From: Eubacteriales bacterium
Lineage (GTDB): Bacteria; Bacillota; Clostridia; Monoglobales; Firm-18
DNA: 56,116 nucleotides
Assembly: GCA_028697835.1 (NCBI GenBank)
Contig: JAQVDK010000002.1
Span: forward strand, 1 to 56,116
Reading direction: 5' to 3'
Below are positions 36,681 through 45,700 of the stretch, one piece after another. The position numbers and the translations under genes were made by a program. Each line of letters opens with the position of its first letter. Within the stretch, counting starts at the first letter, position 1. The notes under the pieces are model-generated. The model saw nothing but the letters and a program-made list of their open reading frames with translations. It was not told where the DNA came from and ran no database searches.

Positions 36681-36868
36681 AGTTTCCCTGCGGTGTACGT
36701 GGGTTGTGCATAATTTATAACCAACACCTACAAATAGGGAGTCCCATCTCTGTTGGTGTGCGTGTATGCTTTAATATATATTAAAGAAACCCATAAGCCA
36801 CAGGAGGACACCCACCTGCGAGAGCAGGTTGTAAATTTGCCAGTACCACGGCACAACGGGGAAACCAT
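36681..36868 (+). ncRNA. Structured sRNA candidate, 6S RNA-like rod (family unconfirmed)
   Basis: About 188 nt with no RBS or credible ORF. The closing helix is GUUUCCCUG (36682-36690) with CGGGGAAAC (36857-36865). The apex is the palindromic hairpin CUUUAAUAUAUAUUAAAG (36769-36786). Further pairing links 36757-36768 to 36792-36802, and there is a GNRA-capped hairpin ACCUGC-GAGA-GCAGGU (36814-36829). The 5' motif UCCCUGCGGUGUACG resembles 6S 5' ends. It is flanked by its own promoter and terminator. Confidence 0.45.
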
Positions 36869-36871
36869 ATG

Positions 36872-36902
36872 AAAAGCTGAGATTTTAAACTCAGCTTTTT
36901 TT
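36872..36902 (+). terminator. Intrinsic terminator ending the sRNA (and ruvX-DUF1292 read-through)
   Basis: 10-bp stem AAAAGCTGAG / CTCAGCTTTT with an 8-nt loop, followed by TTTTTTT. Confidence 0.8.
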
Positions 36903-36955
36903 GTGTTTTCCTTTATGAAATCCGCTTCACGTCGAAAAAATTTTTTTCCTGTATT

Positions 36956-36983
36956 TTGCATCCTTTAAGGTTTTTTGTATAAT
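36956..36983 (+). promoter_or_regulatory. Distal promoter candidate for nifJ
   Basis: TTGCAT (36956-36961), 16 nt, TATAAT (36978-36983). It would give a 5' UTR of about 210 nt that contains the Rex-like site. Confidence 0.35.
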
Positions 36984-37024
36984 TTTATTCAATTTGTCAC
37001 AAAATCTAATATATTTCTATTTGT

Positions 37025-37042
37025 TTGTTAAAAATTCTACAA
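37025..37042. promoter_or_regulatory. Rex-like operator candidate upstream of nifJ
   Basis: TTGTTAA-AAAT-TCTACAA compared with the clostridial Rex consensus TTGTTAA-N4-TTAACAA. The left half is perfect; the right half matches 5 of 7. Confidence 0.3.
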
Positions 37043-37120
37043 ACGCCTTGGCATATATGATTTTCCGCACTATTATATCTAAACCCACTTGTAAATTATG
37101 CCGAAAATGCTTTAAATCAG

Positions 37121-37149
37121 TTGACAAAAAACTGCTGTTATGATAATGT
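37121..37149 (+). promoter_or_regulatory. Proximal promoter candidate for nifJ
   Basis: TTGACA (37121-37126), 17-nt spacer ending in TGA, TAATGT (37144-37149). Confidence 0.4.
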
Positions 37150-37199
37150 TTATAGTTGGAAGTTTTGATATTTAAAATAACAAGGAGGCTCATTGAAAT

Positions 37200-40100
37200 A
37201 TGCCAAAACTAATGAAAACAATGGACGGCAATACGGCCGCGGCACATTCTTCCTATGCTTTTATTGATGTGGCCGGTATTTATCCCATTACGCCGTCATC
37301 TCCCATGGCGGAACTCACCGACGAATGGGCGGCAAATGGCAGAAAAAATCTGTTTGGTCAAACTGTAAAAGTTGCGCAATTGCAATCAGAAGCCGGTGCT
37401 GCCGGTACAGTGCACGGCTCTCTTGCGGCAGGTGCCCTTACTTCCACCTATACCGCATCTCAAGGTCTGCTTCTTATGATTCCTAATATGTATAAGATAG
37501 CAGGAGAGCTCTTGCCTTGCGTTATCCACGTTTCCGCAAGGGCTGTTGCATCCCATGCCCTATCAATTTTCGGAGACCATTCCGACGTTATGGCTTGCCG
37601 CCAAACAGGCTTTGCAATGCTTGCAGCCGGCAATGTTCAGGAAGTTATGGACATGGCAGGTATTTCTCACCTTTGTGCAATAAAGGGACGCGTTCCTTTC
37701 CTTCATTTCTTTGATGGCTTTAGAACATCTCATGAGCTGCAAAAAATCGAAGTTGTGGATTATGACGTTTACAGGCAGCTTATTGATATGGAAGCTGTAA
37801 AAGCGTTCAGGGACAACGCCCTAAACCCCAACCATCCGGTTTTAAGGGGTACAGCTCAAAATCCGGACATATTCTTCCAAGCGCGTGAGGCATCCAATCC
37901 TTATTACAATGCAATACCGGACGTTGTTGAGGATTACATGAAAAAGTTTGGCGAGAAAACAGGCAGGCACTATAACCTGTTTGATTACTACGGCGCTCCT
38001 GATGCAGACAGAGTTATTATTGCTATGGGTTCTGTTTGCGATACTATCGAAGAAACAATCGACTACCTAAACAAAAAAGGCGAAAAAGTCGGTCTTGTGA
38101 AGGTTCGCTTGTATCGTCCTTTCTCAATTAAGCACTTTATTGACGCTATTCCAAAGACAGCTACTAAAATTGCTGTTCTTGACAGGACAAAAGAGCCCGG
38201 TGCAAACGGAGAGCCTTTGTATCAAGATGTTTGCACAGCTTTCTACGAAAGAAAAGGCGAGCTTACAATCGTAGGCGGGCGTTATGGTCTTGGCTCTAAG
38301 GATACAACACCCGAGCAGATTATAGCAGTTTATGACAACTTAAACCAAAACGAGCCCAAAAACCACTTTACAATAGGTATTGTGGATGACGTTACGTTCT
38401 TGTCGCTTCCGTCGGCCAAGCCTGTGGATACAGCACCCGAAAGCACAGTTGCATGCAAATTCTGGGGCCTTGGCTCGGACGGTACCGTTGGGGCTAACAA
38501 AAACTCTATTAAAATTATCGGTGACCACACTGATATGTATGCACAAGCATACTTCTCATACGACAGTAAAAAGTCAGGCGGCGTTACCATTTCCCACCTT
38601 CGATTTGGTAAAGAGCCTATTAAGTCGACCTATCTTATAAACAAAGCCGATTTTGTTGCATGTCATAACCAGGCATATATCGGTAAATATGACATGGTAT
38701 CGGACGTTAAGCCGGGAGGAACATTCCTTCTAAATTGCTCCTACACACCCGAAGAGCTGGACGAAAAGCTTCCTGCCGATGTTAAACGCTATATTGCAAA
38801 GAACAATGTTAACTTCTATATAATAGACGGTGTTGGAATCGGTAAGGAAATTGGTCTTGGAAACAGAATCAACATGGTAATGCAGGCTGCATTCTTCAAG
38901 CTTGCGAACATTATTCCGATTGAAGATGCGGTTCGATATATGAAAGATGCTATTAAAGCAACCTATGGCAGAAAAGGCGAAGCTATTGTTAACATGAACT
39001 ATGCCGCTGTTGACAAGGGTATCGAAAGCCTTGTAAAAGTAGATGTTCCTGCGTCATGGGCAGATGCTGTTGACGAACCTGAAGAAAAGAAAGACCTTCC
39101 GCAGTTCATTGAAGAAGTTCTAATACCAATGAATGCGCAAAAAGGTGACGACCTTCCCGTCAGCACTTTCGTATCAAGAGAAGACGGTACTTTCCCGCAA
39201 GGCACCGCAAAATTCGAAAAGAGAAGCATTGCAGTGGAAGTTCCGGAATGGATTCCCGAAAACTGCATACAGTGTAACCAATGCTCGTATGTATGTCCTC
39301 ATGCGGTTATCCGTCCGTTCCTTCTTGATGAGGAAGAGTTGGCAAAAGCTCCAGAAGGATACCCAACCCTTAAAGCAATGGGCAAAGGCATGGAAAACCT
39401 TAAGTTTAAAATACAAATTTCCATCGAGGACTGCACAGGCTGCGGAAACTGCATAAACGTATGCCCTGCCAAACAAAAAGCTTTGGCATTTAAGCCATAC
39501 GATACACAGCTTAAAGAAATTCCAAACTGGTACTTCTCACTTTCAGTCAAGCCAAAACAGTTCTTCCCATCAGTAGAAACTGTCAAGGGCAGCCAGTTTA
39601 AACAGCCGCTACTTGAATTCTCCGGCGCTTGCGCAGGCTGCGGTGAAACACCTTATGCAAAACTTATTACCCAGCTTTACGGTGACAGAATGATAATTGC
39701 AAACGCTACAGGCTGTTCTTCAATTTGGGCAGGCAGTGCGCCTTCTACACCTTATACCGTTAACGAAAAGGGTCAAGGTCCTGCATGGGCTAACTCCTTG
39801 TTTGAAGATAATGCCGAGTTTGGCTATGGCATGTATCTTGCTAACAAGCAAATAAGAGACAAAGTTGAAGACCTGTGCAAAGAAGCCCTTCAGTCTGATG
39901 TTTCCGACAATTTGAAAGCCGCACTTCAAGACTGGATTGACAACAAGGACGACGGCGAAGGCTCCAAAAAAGCATCCGATGCACTGCTTGAGGCAATCAA
40001 AGCCGAAGGCAAAACAAATGCAGCTCTTAATGAAATTGTTGAGAAAAAGGACTTCCTTGTTAAACAATCCGTTTGGATTTTGGGCGGCGACGGCTGGGCT

Positions 40101-40721
40101 TATGACATAGGCTTTGGCGGGCTTGACCACGTTTTAGCTTCGGGTGAAGACGTGAACATCCTGGTGTTCGACACCGAGGTTTACTCAAACACCGGCGGAC
40201 AATCGTCAAAAGCTACTCCTACCGCTGCTGTTGCGCAATTTGCAGCTTCCGGAAAGAAAACAAAGAAAAAGGACCTTGGACTTATCGCAATGTCTTATGG
40301 TTATGTGTATGTGGCACAAGTTGCCATGGGCGCTAACCAAAATCAATTAGTAAAGGCGATTACCGAGGCTGAAAAATACAAAGGTCCATCAATAATTATC
40401 GCTTATGCTCCATGTATCAACCATGGCATAAGGGGCGGCATGGGCAATGCTCAGACCGAGATGAAAAAAGCGGTTGAAGCCGGATACTGGCACCTTTACA
40501 GGTACAACCCCGAGCTTAAAGAGCAAAGCAAGAATCCTTTCCAATTGGATTCAAAGGCTCCAACATCTTCGTTTATGGACTTTATAAAGAACGAGGTTCG
40601 CTATACAGCGCTGCAAAGGACCTTCCCGGAGGAAGCCGAAATGCTGTTTGAAGAAGCCGCAAAGCAAGCTAAAGAAAAATACGAAACCTACGAGAGGTTA
40701 AGCAAGCTTTACGAGCAATAA
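37200..40721 (+). CDS. nifJ: Pyruvate:ferredoxin (flavodoxin) oxidoreductase, single-chain
   Basis: 1173 aa. The N-terminus MDGNTAAAHSSYAF..YPITPSS is typical. It has two ferredoxin motifs (CIQCNQCSYVCP, CTGCGNCINVCP) and the TPP domain GGDGWAYDIGFGGLDH. Confidence 0.97.
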   Translation: MPKLMKTMDGNTAAAHSSYAFIDVAGIYPITPSSPMAELTDEWAANGRKNLFGQTVKVAQLQSEAGAAGTVHGSLAAGALTSTYTASQGLLLMIPNMYKIAGELLPCVIHVSARAVASHALSIFGDHSDVMACRQTGFAMLAAGNVQEVMDMAGISHLCAIKGRVPFLHFFDGFRTSHELQKIEVVDYDVYRQLIDMEAVKAFRDNALNPNHPVLRGTAQNPDIFFQAREASNPYYNAIPDVVEDYMKKFGEKTGRHYNLFDYYGAPDADRVIIAMGSVCDTIEETIDYLNKKGEKVGLVKVRLYRPFSIKHFIDAIPKTATKIAVLDRTKEPGANGEPLYQDVCTAFYERKGELTIVGGRYGLGSKDTTPEQIIAVYDNLNQNEPKNHFTIGIVDDVTFLSLPSAKPVDTAPESTVACKFWGLGSDGTVGANKNSIKIIGDHTDMYAQAYFSYDSKKSGGVTISHLRFGKEPIKSTYLINKADFVACHNQAYIGKYDMVSDVKPGGTFLLNCSYTPEELDEKLPADVKRYIAKNNVNFYIIDGVGIGKEIGLGNRINMVMQAAFFKLANIIPIEDAVRYMKDAIKATYGRKGEAIVNMNYAAVDKGIESLVKVDVPASWADAVDEPEEKKDLPQFIEEVLIPMNAQKGDDLPVSTFVSREDGTFPQGTAKFEKRSIAVEVPEWIPENCIQCNQCSYVCPHAVIRPFLLDEEELAKAPEGYPTLKAMGKGMENLKFKIQISIEDCTGCGNCINVCPAKQKALAFKPYDTQLKEIPNWYFSLSVKPKQFFPSVETVKGSQFKQPLLEFSGACAGCGETPYAKLITQLYGDRMIIANATGCSSIWAGSAPSTPYTVNEKGQGPAWANSLFEDNAEFGYGMYLANKQIRDKVEDLCKEALQSDVSDNLKAALQDWIDNKDDGEGSKKASDALLEAIKAEGKTNAALNEIVEKKDFLVKQSVWILGGDGWAYDIGFGGLDHVLASGEDVNILVFDTEVYSNTGGQSSKATPTAAVAQFAASGKKTKKKDLGLIAMSYGYVYVAQVAMGANQNQLVKAITEAEKYKGPSIIIAYAPCINHGIRGGMGNAQTEMKKAVEAGYWHLYRYNPELKEQSKNPFQLDSKAPTSSFMDFIKNEVRYTALQRTFPEEAEMLFEEAAKQAKEKYETYERLSKLYEQ

Positions 40722-40740
40722 ACTTCACTATACAAACAAA

Positions 40741-40770
40741 AAAAGCCAGGCTGTAAGCTTGGCTTTTTTG
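40741..40770. terminator. Bidirectional terminator between convergent nifJ and the RACo-like gene
   Basis: AGCCAGGC / GCTTGGCT stem (one G-U pair) with a 5-nt loop. An A-tract lies upstream and TTTTTT downstream. Confidence 0.65.
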
Positions 40771-40780
40771 TTTGTTAATA

Positions 40781-42184
40781 TTAAACTTTGCTAAAAGAAA
40801 GCTGTTTTATATATTCTTCCTGAAATAAGCTGCTTGAAGAAAGCTCTATATACTCTGTTTGGGCTGCTAATTTTTTTGCGGTTTTTCGTATTTTATCGCT
40901 AAGGAGCATTGAAATTGCTCCGCTGCCTGCCGCATTTCCGCAAAAAACAACTTTATCCGTGAGTTCTTTGGGAAACAAACCAATGTAAGCGGCGTTTTTT
41001 ATGTCTAAATAATTTCCCATTCCACCTGCAATATAAACCGTTTCTATATCTTTATATCCTACTTTGACATATCTTGCAAGAGTTTCAATCCCTGCATAAA
41101 TAGCGGCCTTTGCATATTGAACCTGCCTTATGTCCTGCTGATCTATGTATATACCTTCTTTAATGTGAAAATCAAAATCCAAAAGTCCTGTGCTGTCAAT
41201 AATATCATACTTTAACATTTGGGCAACAGCATCGATAATTCCGCTTCCGCATATACCCACGGGAGGCTTGCCGCCTATGGTTTCAATATGTATCCCATTT
41301 TGAATTTTAACCTTGCTGATTGCCCCTTCCACACTGCCCATGCCATGGGTAATATGCGCCCCTTCAAAGGCAGGGCCTGCGGCAGTCGAACAGCAATAAA
41401 GCCGCCCTTTATGCGATAAAACTATTTCACCATTAGTACCAATATCAACAAGCAAGGCAGTTTTTTCATCCAAATCCATCGAGCAGGCTATAATTGCCGC
41501 CACCGTATCCCCTCCCACAAAGGCGGATATGCCAGGAGCAACAGTCAAGGGAAAGCTTTGGCTTATGCCAAGCTTAGTGCTGTCCCAAGTTTTCATTTCC
41601 GTGCTGACAGGTGTAAAAGGCGCCACCGCAAGGGATTTTGCGCTGTATCCCTGCAGGAAGTGGAGCATTGGGGTGTTGCCCACAGCCAAGGCCTTTTTAA
41701 AGGTATAGCCGAATTTTTCAACGATACTGCTTATCTGCTTTGCTATTATGCTGTGCAAAAGGGTGTGGTCGCAGCCGATACGACTTACAACATCACTGCC
41801 AAATCGCCTTTGCATATTAAGCTCGCCTAAGGAAGCGACAATCTTTCCTGTGGCAAGGTCAACGCAATATGCGGCAATTGTTGTTGTTCCTATATCAATG
41901 GCAAGCCCTACTCCGCTATCTTTGTCAAAAGCAGCGTTTCTTGAAATCCCTTCCTTCACAATTTGTGCATCAGGCAAATCCAAAATCTTAACCGTTACAG
42001 GTTTTTTTACAAAAGTTTGGCAGGACAAAACCTTGCTGCCGTCCACCTTCACAGTACAATTTTTGCAAGTTCCTCTGCCGCCGCAAGGAAGGTGTAAATA
42101 ATCGCCCAATATATCTGACAGCCTGTCGCCTGTATTGCACTGTATTTTTCTTTCAACACCATTTTGCAAAACAGTAATAAACAT
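40781..42184 (-). CDS. RACo-like protein: N-terminal [2Fe-2S] ferredoxin domain + ASKHA ATPase (DUF4445)
   Basis: Has the plant-type ferredoxin pattern CGGRGTCKNC...C, then ASKHA phosphate motifs DIGTTTIAAY and DIGTNGEIVL plus GAITHGMG-type segments. ATG 42184 lies 8 nt after GAAGAGGA and 4 nt after the rnmV stop; the track start at 42202 is TTG. Confidence 0.7.
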   Translation of the reverse strand: MFITVLQNGVERKIQCNTGDRLSDILGDYLHLPCGGRGTCKNCTVKVDGSKVLSCQTFVKKPVTVKILDLPDAQIVKEGISRNAAFDKDSGVGLAIDIGTTTIAAYCVDLATGKIVASLGELNMQRRFGSDVVSRIGCDHTLLHSIIAKQISSIVEKFGYTFKKALAVGNTPMLHFLQGYSAKSLAVAPFTPVSTEMKTWDSTKLGISQSFPLTVAPGISAFVGGDTVAAIIACSMDLDEKTALLVDIGTNGEIVLSHKGRLYCCSTAAGPAFEGAHITHGMGSVEGAISKVKIQNGIHIETIGGKPPVGICGSGIIDAVAQMLKYDIIDSTGLLDFDFHIKEGIYIDQQDIRQVQYAKAAIYAGIETLARYVKVGYKDIETVYIAGGMGNYLDIKNAAYIGLFPKELTDKVVFCGNAAGSGAISMLLSDKIRKTAKKLAAQTEYIELSSSSLFQEEYIKQLSFSKV

Positions 42185-42188
42185 AAAT

Positions 42189-42761
42189 TTAATCCTCTTC
42201 AATTAGATTGAAAAATTCTTCCCGGCTGCACCACAAATTTAATGCGTCCAGCAGTGCATTTGCCGATATTTTGGAAGGAAGCCCTAATTTTTCCGCTATT
42301 ATTTTTCTTTTATTAGCACTTTCAGCCCTGCCGCAAAGACCAAGCTCGAACAAATCCGCCTTGGTTAGCTGCAGCGGATTTTTAACCTGCGTTGCGTTTG
42401 CCTTTTTTATAACGTCAAGGATAACCTCGTCGGGTATTCCTTCAACCCCTAAAAGGCCCTCGGCGCCCGCCTTGGATTTTCTCCGCTCCTTTCCCTTAAT
42501 TTCGGGAATATAGGCATGCTTTATTTTAACATCACCCATACATTGCTTAATGTAGTTTCTTATTCTAAAGCCTGCATTGTCGGAGTCGGTCAGAACTATT
42601 ACGCCGTGTTTTTGGGCAAGCTTTTTAATAAGGGAAAGCTTTTCCTTGTCCTTGTAAAGCCTAAATCCGTCAGTAGTTATAATAACTGCGTCTATCACCT
42701 GTGACAGACGCAATTTGTCATATTTTCCCTCCACAACAACAACTTCGCTTATTTTATACAT
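42189..42761 (-). CDS. rnmV: Ribonuclease M5 (5S rRNA maturase, TOPRIM)
   Basis: VVVEGKYDKLRL...VLTDSDNAGFRIR TOPRIM motifs at the typical length of 190 aa. Confidence 0.88.
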   Translation of the reverse strand: MYKISEVVVVEGKYDKLRLSQVIDAVIITTDGFRLYKDKEKLSLIKKLAQKHGVIVLTDSDNAGFRIRNYIKQCMGDVKIKHAYIPEIKGKERRKSKAGAEGLLGVEGIPDEVILDVIKKANATQVKNPLQLTKADLFELGLCGRAESANKRKIIAEKLGLPSKISANALLDALNLWCSREEFFNLIEED

Positions 42762-42772
42762 AAAAAGTTCTC

Positions 42773-45700
42773 CTAAAAGAATGTAATCTGGTCGCTTTCG
42801 GGCATATTGCCCAAGCAGCCCTGCTGCTTCATAAGCTCTGCAACGGTTCTGCTTACGCTTGTTCTTGAAAGCAAATCTTCAATCGAACTAAAAGGAGCTA
42901 TCTCTCTCTGTGCAACAATAGATTCGGCGGCAGACTCGCCCAAACCGGACAGCGCACTTAAGGGAGGCAAAATATTCCCGTCAACCCCCAAAAATTTGGT
43001 AGCATGGGATTTATATATGTCAATTGGCAAAAACCTAATACCTCTTGCAAACATTTCTATTACAATTTCAAGTATGGTAAGGACGTTTTTGTCTTTTTGA
43101 GTAGTTTCGCCGGGGCTTAGGGTTTCAAGCTCCCGTTTCTTTTTACGGGCAACTGCAGGGTCGCACATTATTTCCGCATTAAATTCGTCTGCACGAACGG
43201 TAAAATGAGCAAGGTAAAACGCCAAAGGATGGTGCACCTTAAACCAGGCAATCCTAAGCGCCATTGTAATATACGCAACAGCGTGGGCTTTCGGGAACAT
43301 ATATTTTATTTTGTTGCAGGAGGCTATGTACCATTCGGGAATTTCATGCTCTCGCATTAATTTTTCGTCCTCTTCGGTAAGCCCCTTTCCTTTTCTTACA
43401 CGCTCCATTATATCAAAGGCGGCTTTTGAAGGCAGTCCACGATATATAAGATAAGTCATAATATCATCACGGGTACAAATCGCCTCGCTCAAGGTTGCAA
43501 TGCCCTGTCGCACCAAGTCCTGGGCGTTGTTTGTCCAAACGTCGGTACCATGGGACAAGCCGGAAATTCTTACAAGCTCGGAAAAGGTTGAAGGCTTTGT
43601 TTCCACAAGCATTTGACGCACAAACCTTGTGCCAAGCTCCGGAACTCCAAAGGTCCCAACATCCGAGCCTATCTCCTCGGGAGAAACCCCCAAAGCCTGC
43701 GTACTTGAAAAAAGGCTCATGGTTTTAGGGTCATCAAGAGGAATTGTCCTTGCGTCAACACCTGTCAAATCCTCAAGCATTTTTATCATCGTAGGGTCGT
43801 CATGTCCTAAAATATCAAGTTTCAAAAGGCGCCCGCTAAGAGAGTGATAATCAAAATGTGTTGTTATAACGCCCTTTGATTTATCATCAGCAGGATGCTG
43901 GATTGGGCAAAACTCGTGGATGTCATGTCCTTTTGGCAAAATCATAACTCCGCCGGGGTGCTGACCTGTGGTCCTTTTAACACCGCTACACCCTGCAACA
44001 AGGCGGTTTTCATCTGCTCTTGAAACTCCTTTTTCTCTTTTCTCAAGATAGTTTTTAACATATCCATAGGCGGTCTTTTCTGCCAATGTGCTGATGGTAC
44101 CGGCTCTGAAAACATGTCCCTCTCCGAAAAGCTCCTCTGTGTATTTATGTGCTACGGGCTGATACTCACCGGAGAAGTTAAGGTCAATATCAGGCTCTTT
44201 ATCCCCTTCAAAACCAAGAAAGGTTTCAAAAGGAATATCGTGACCGTCTTTGTGGTATTCAGTATGACATTTTGGACAGCTTTTATCCTCCATATCCACA
44301 CCCGAGCCAACACTTCCGTCGGTAATAAATTCACTATTTTTACAATTTGGGCAAACATAGTGCGGCGCAAGTGCATTAACCTCGGTAATGCCGCATAAAA
44401 ACGCCACAAAAGATGAACCGACAGAGCCTCTGGAGCCTACCAAGTAGCCGTCCTCGTTACTTTTGGAGACCAATCGCTGGGCAATAAGGTACATTACGGA
44501 AAAGCCGTATTTGTTAATTGCATTGAGTTCTTTGTCCATACGCTCCTTAACAATTGACGGAAGGTCGTCTCCGTATATTTGCCTTGCCCTTGTGTTGCAC
44601 ATTTCGATAATTTCTTCTTTTGAATTTCCCATCTCCGGCGGAAATGTTCCTTCGGGCACAGGGAGCATACGCTCTATCATATCGGCTATTTTATTGGTGT
44701 TTGTAACAACCACCTCATATGCTTTTTCCTCACCCAAATACGCAAATTCAGCAAGCATTTCCTCTGTCGTTCTAAGATACAGCGGTGCCTGCTCGTCCGC
44801 GTCCCTATAGCCTTGGCCTTCCATAAGGATAGCCCTGTAGATTGAATCCTTTTCATCTAAAAAGTGCACATCACAGGTTGCAACAACAGGCTTTTTGTAA
44901 TACTCCCCAAGTTCTACGATTTTTTTATTTATAGCCATAAGCTCTTCAAAGTTTTTTACGGTGCCGCTTCGCACCATAAATTCATTGTTCTTAAGGGGCT
45001 GTATTTCTAAATAGTCATACATGCGCACAATTTCGCCGATTTCTTTTTGGCTTTTTCCATGAAGTATTGCTTGGTAAAGCTCGCCCTGCTCACATCCGCT
45101 GCCAATTATAAGCCCTTCCTTATATTTAAAAAACACCGACTTTGGCACACACGGCCTTTTATAAAAATAATTTAAATGAGACTCAGACACAATCTTATAC
45201 AAATTTTTAAGGCCTGTATAGTTTTTTGCCAAGATAACCGCATGATTGTAGGGCTTGTCCTTAAAGCTTTCGTTTTCGTTATATGCATTGTTTAGCTGGT
45301 CCACCGTTTCAACATTGGCTTTTGATGCAAGCTTCAAATAAATTTGTGCAGTGGCATTGGCGTCGTTTACCGCCCTGTGGTGTCCCTCAAGGCTTACATC
45401 AAGTGCCTTTGCAACAACATCAAGCCTGTGCCTTGGAAGGTCCGGCAGCGCGCCGCGCGCCATCTCCACGGTATCTATATAAGTAGGCGAAAAATTAAGT
45501 GCCAGCCTATCTGCATTGGCACGAATAAAGCCAATGTCAAATTGTGCGTTATGTGCCACAAGAACTGAATCGGAGCAAAATTCCAAGAATTTCGGCAAAA
45601 CATCCTCTATTGTGTTGGCGTCTTTTACCATTTCGTTTGTAATTCCTGTAAGCTCTGTAATTTTAGGCGAAATAATGGTTTCAGGGTTTACAAAGCAGCT

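Noticed and set aside
36840-36866. T-box-like GTGGTAC element on the reverse complement of the sRNA region, and riboswitch interpretations of the structure.
   Set aside because: The match to the T-box core (GGGTGGTACCGCG) is partial, and no gene lies downstream on that strand. On the plus strand the terminator shows no antiterminator alternative, and nifJ is 295 nt away with its own promoters.
36728-36961. 77-aa minus-strand ORF covering the sRNA candidate.
   Set aside because: It has no RBS and a Cys/Arg/Trp-rich implausible peptide. It runs antisense through a plus-strand promoter-structure-terminator unit, and there is no promoter on its strand.
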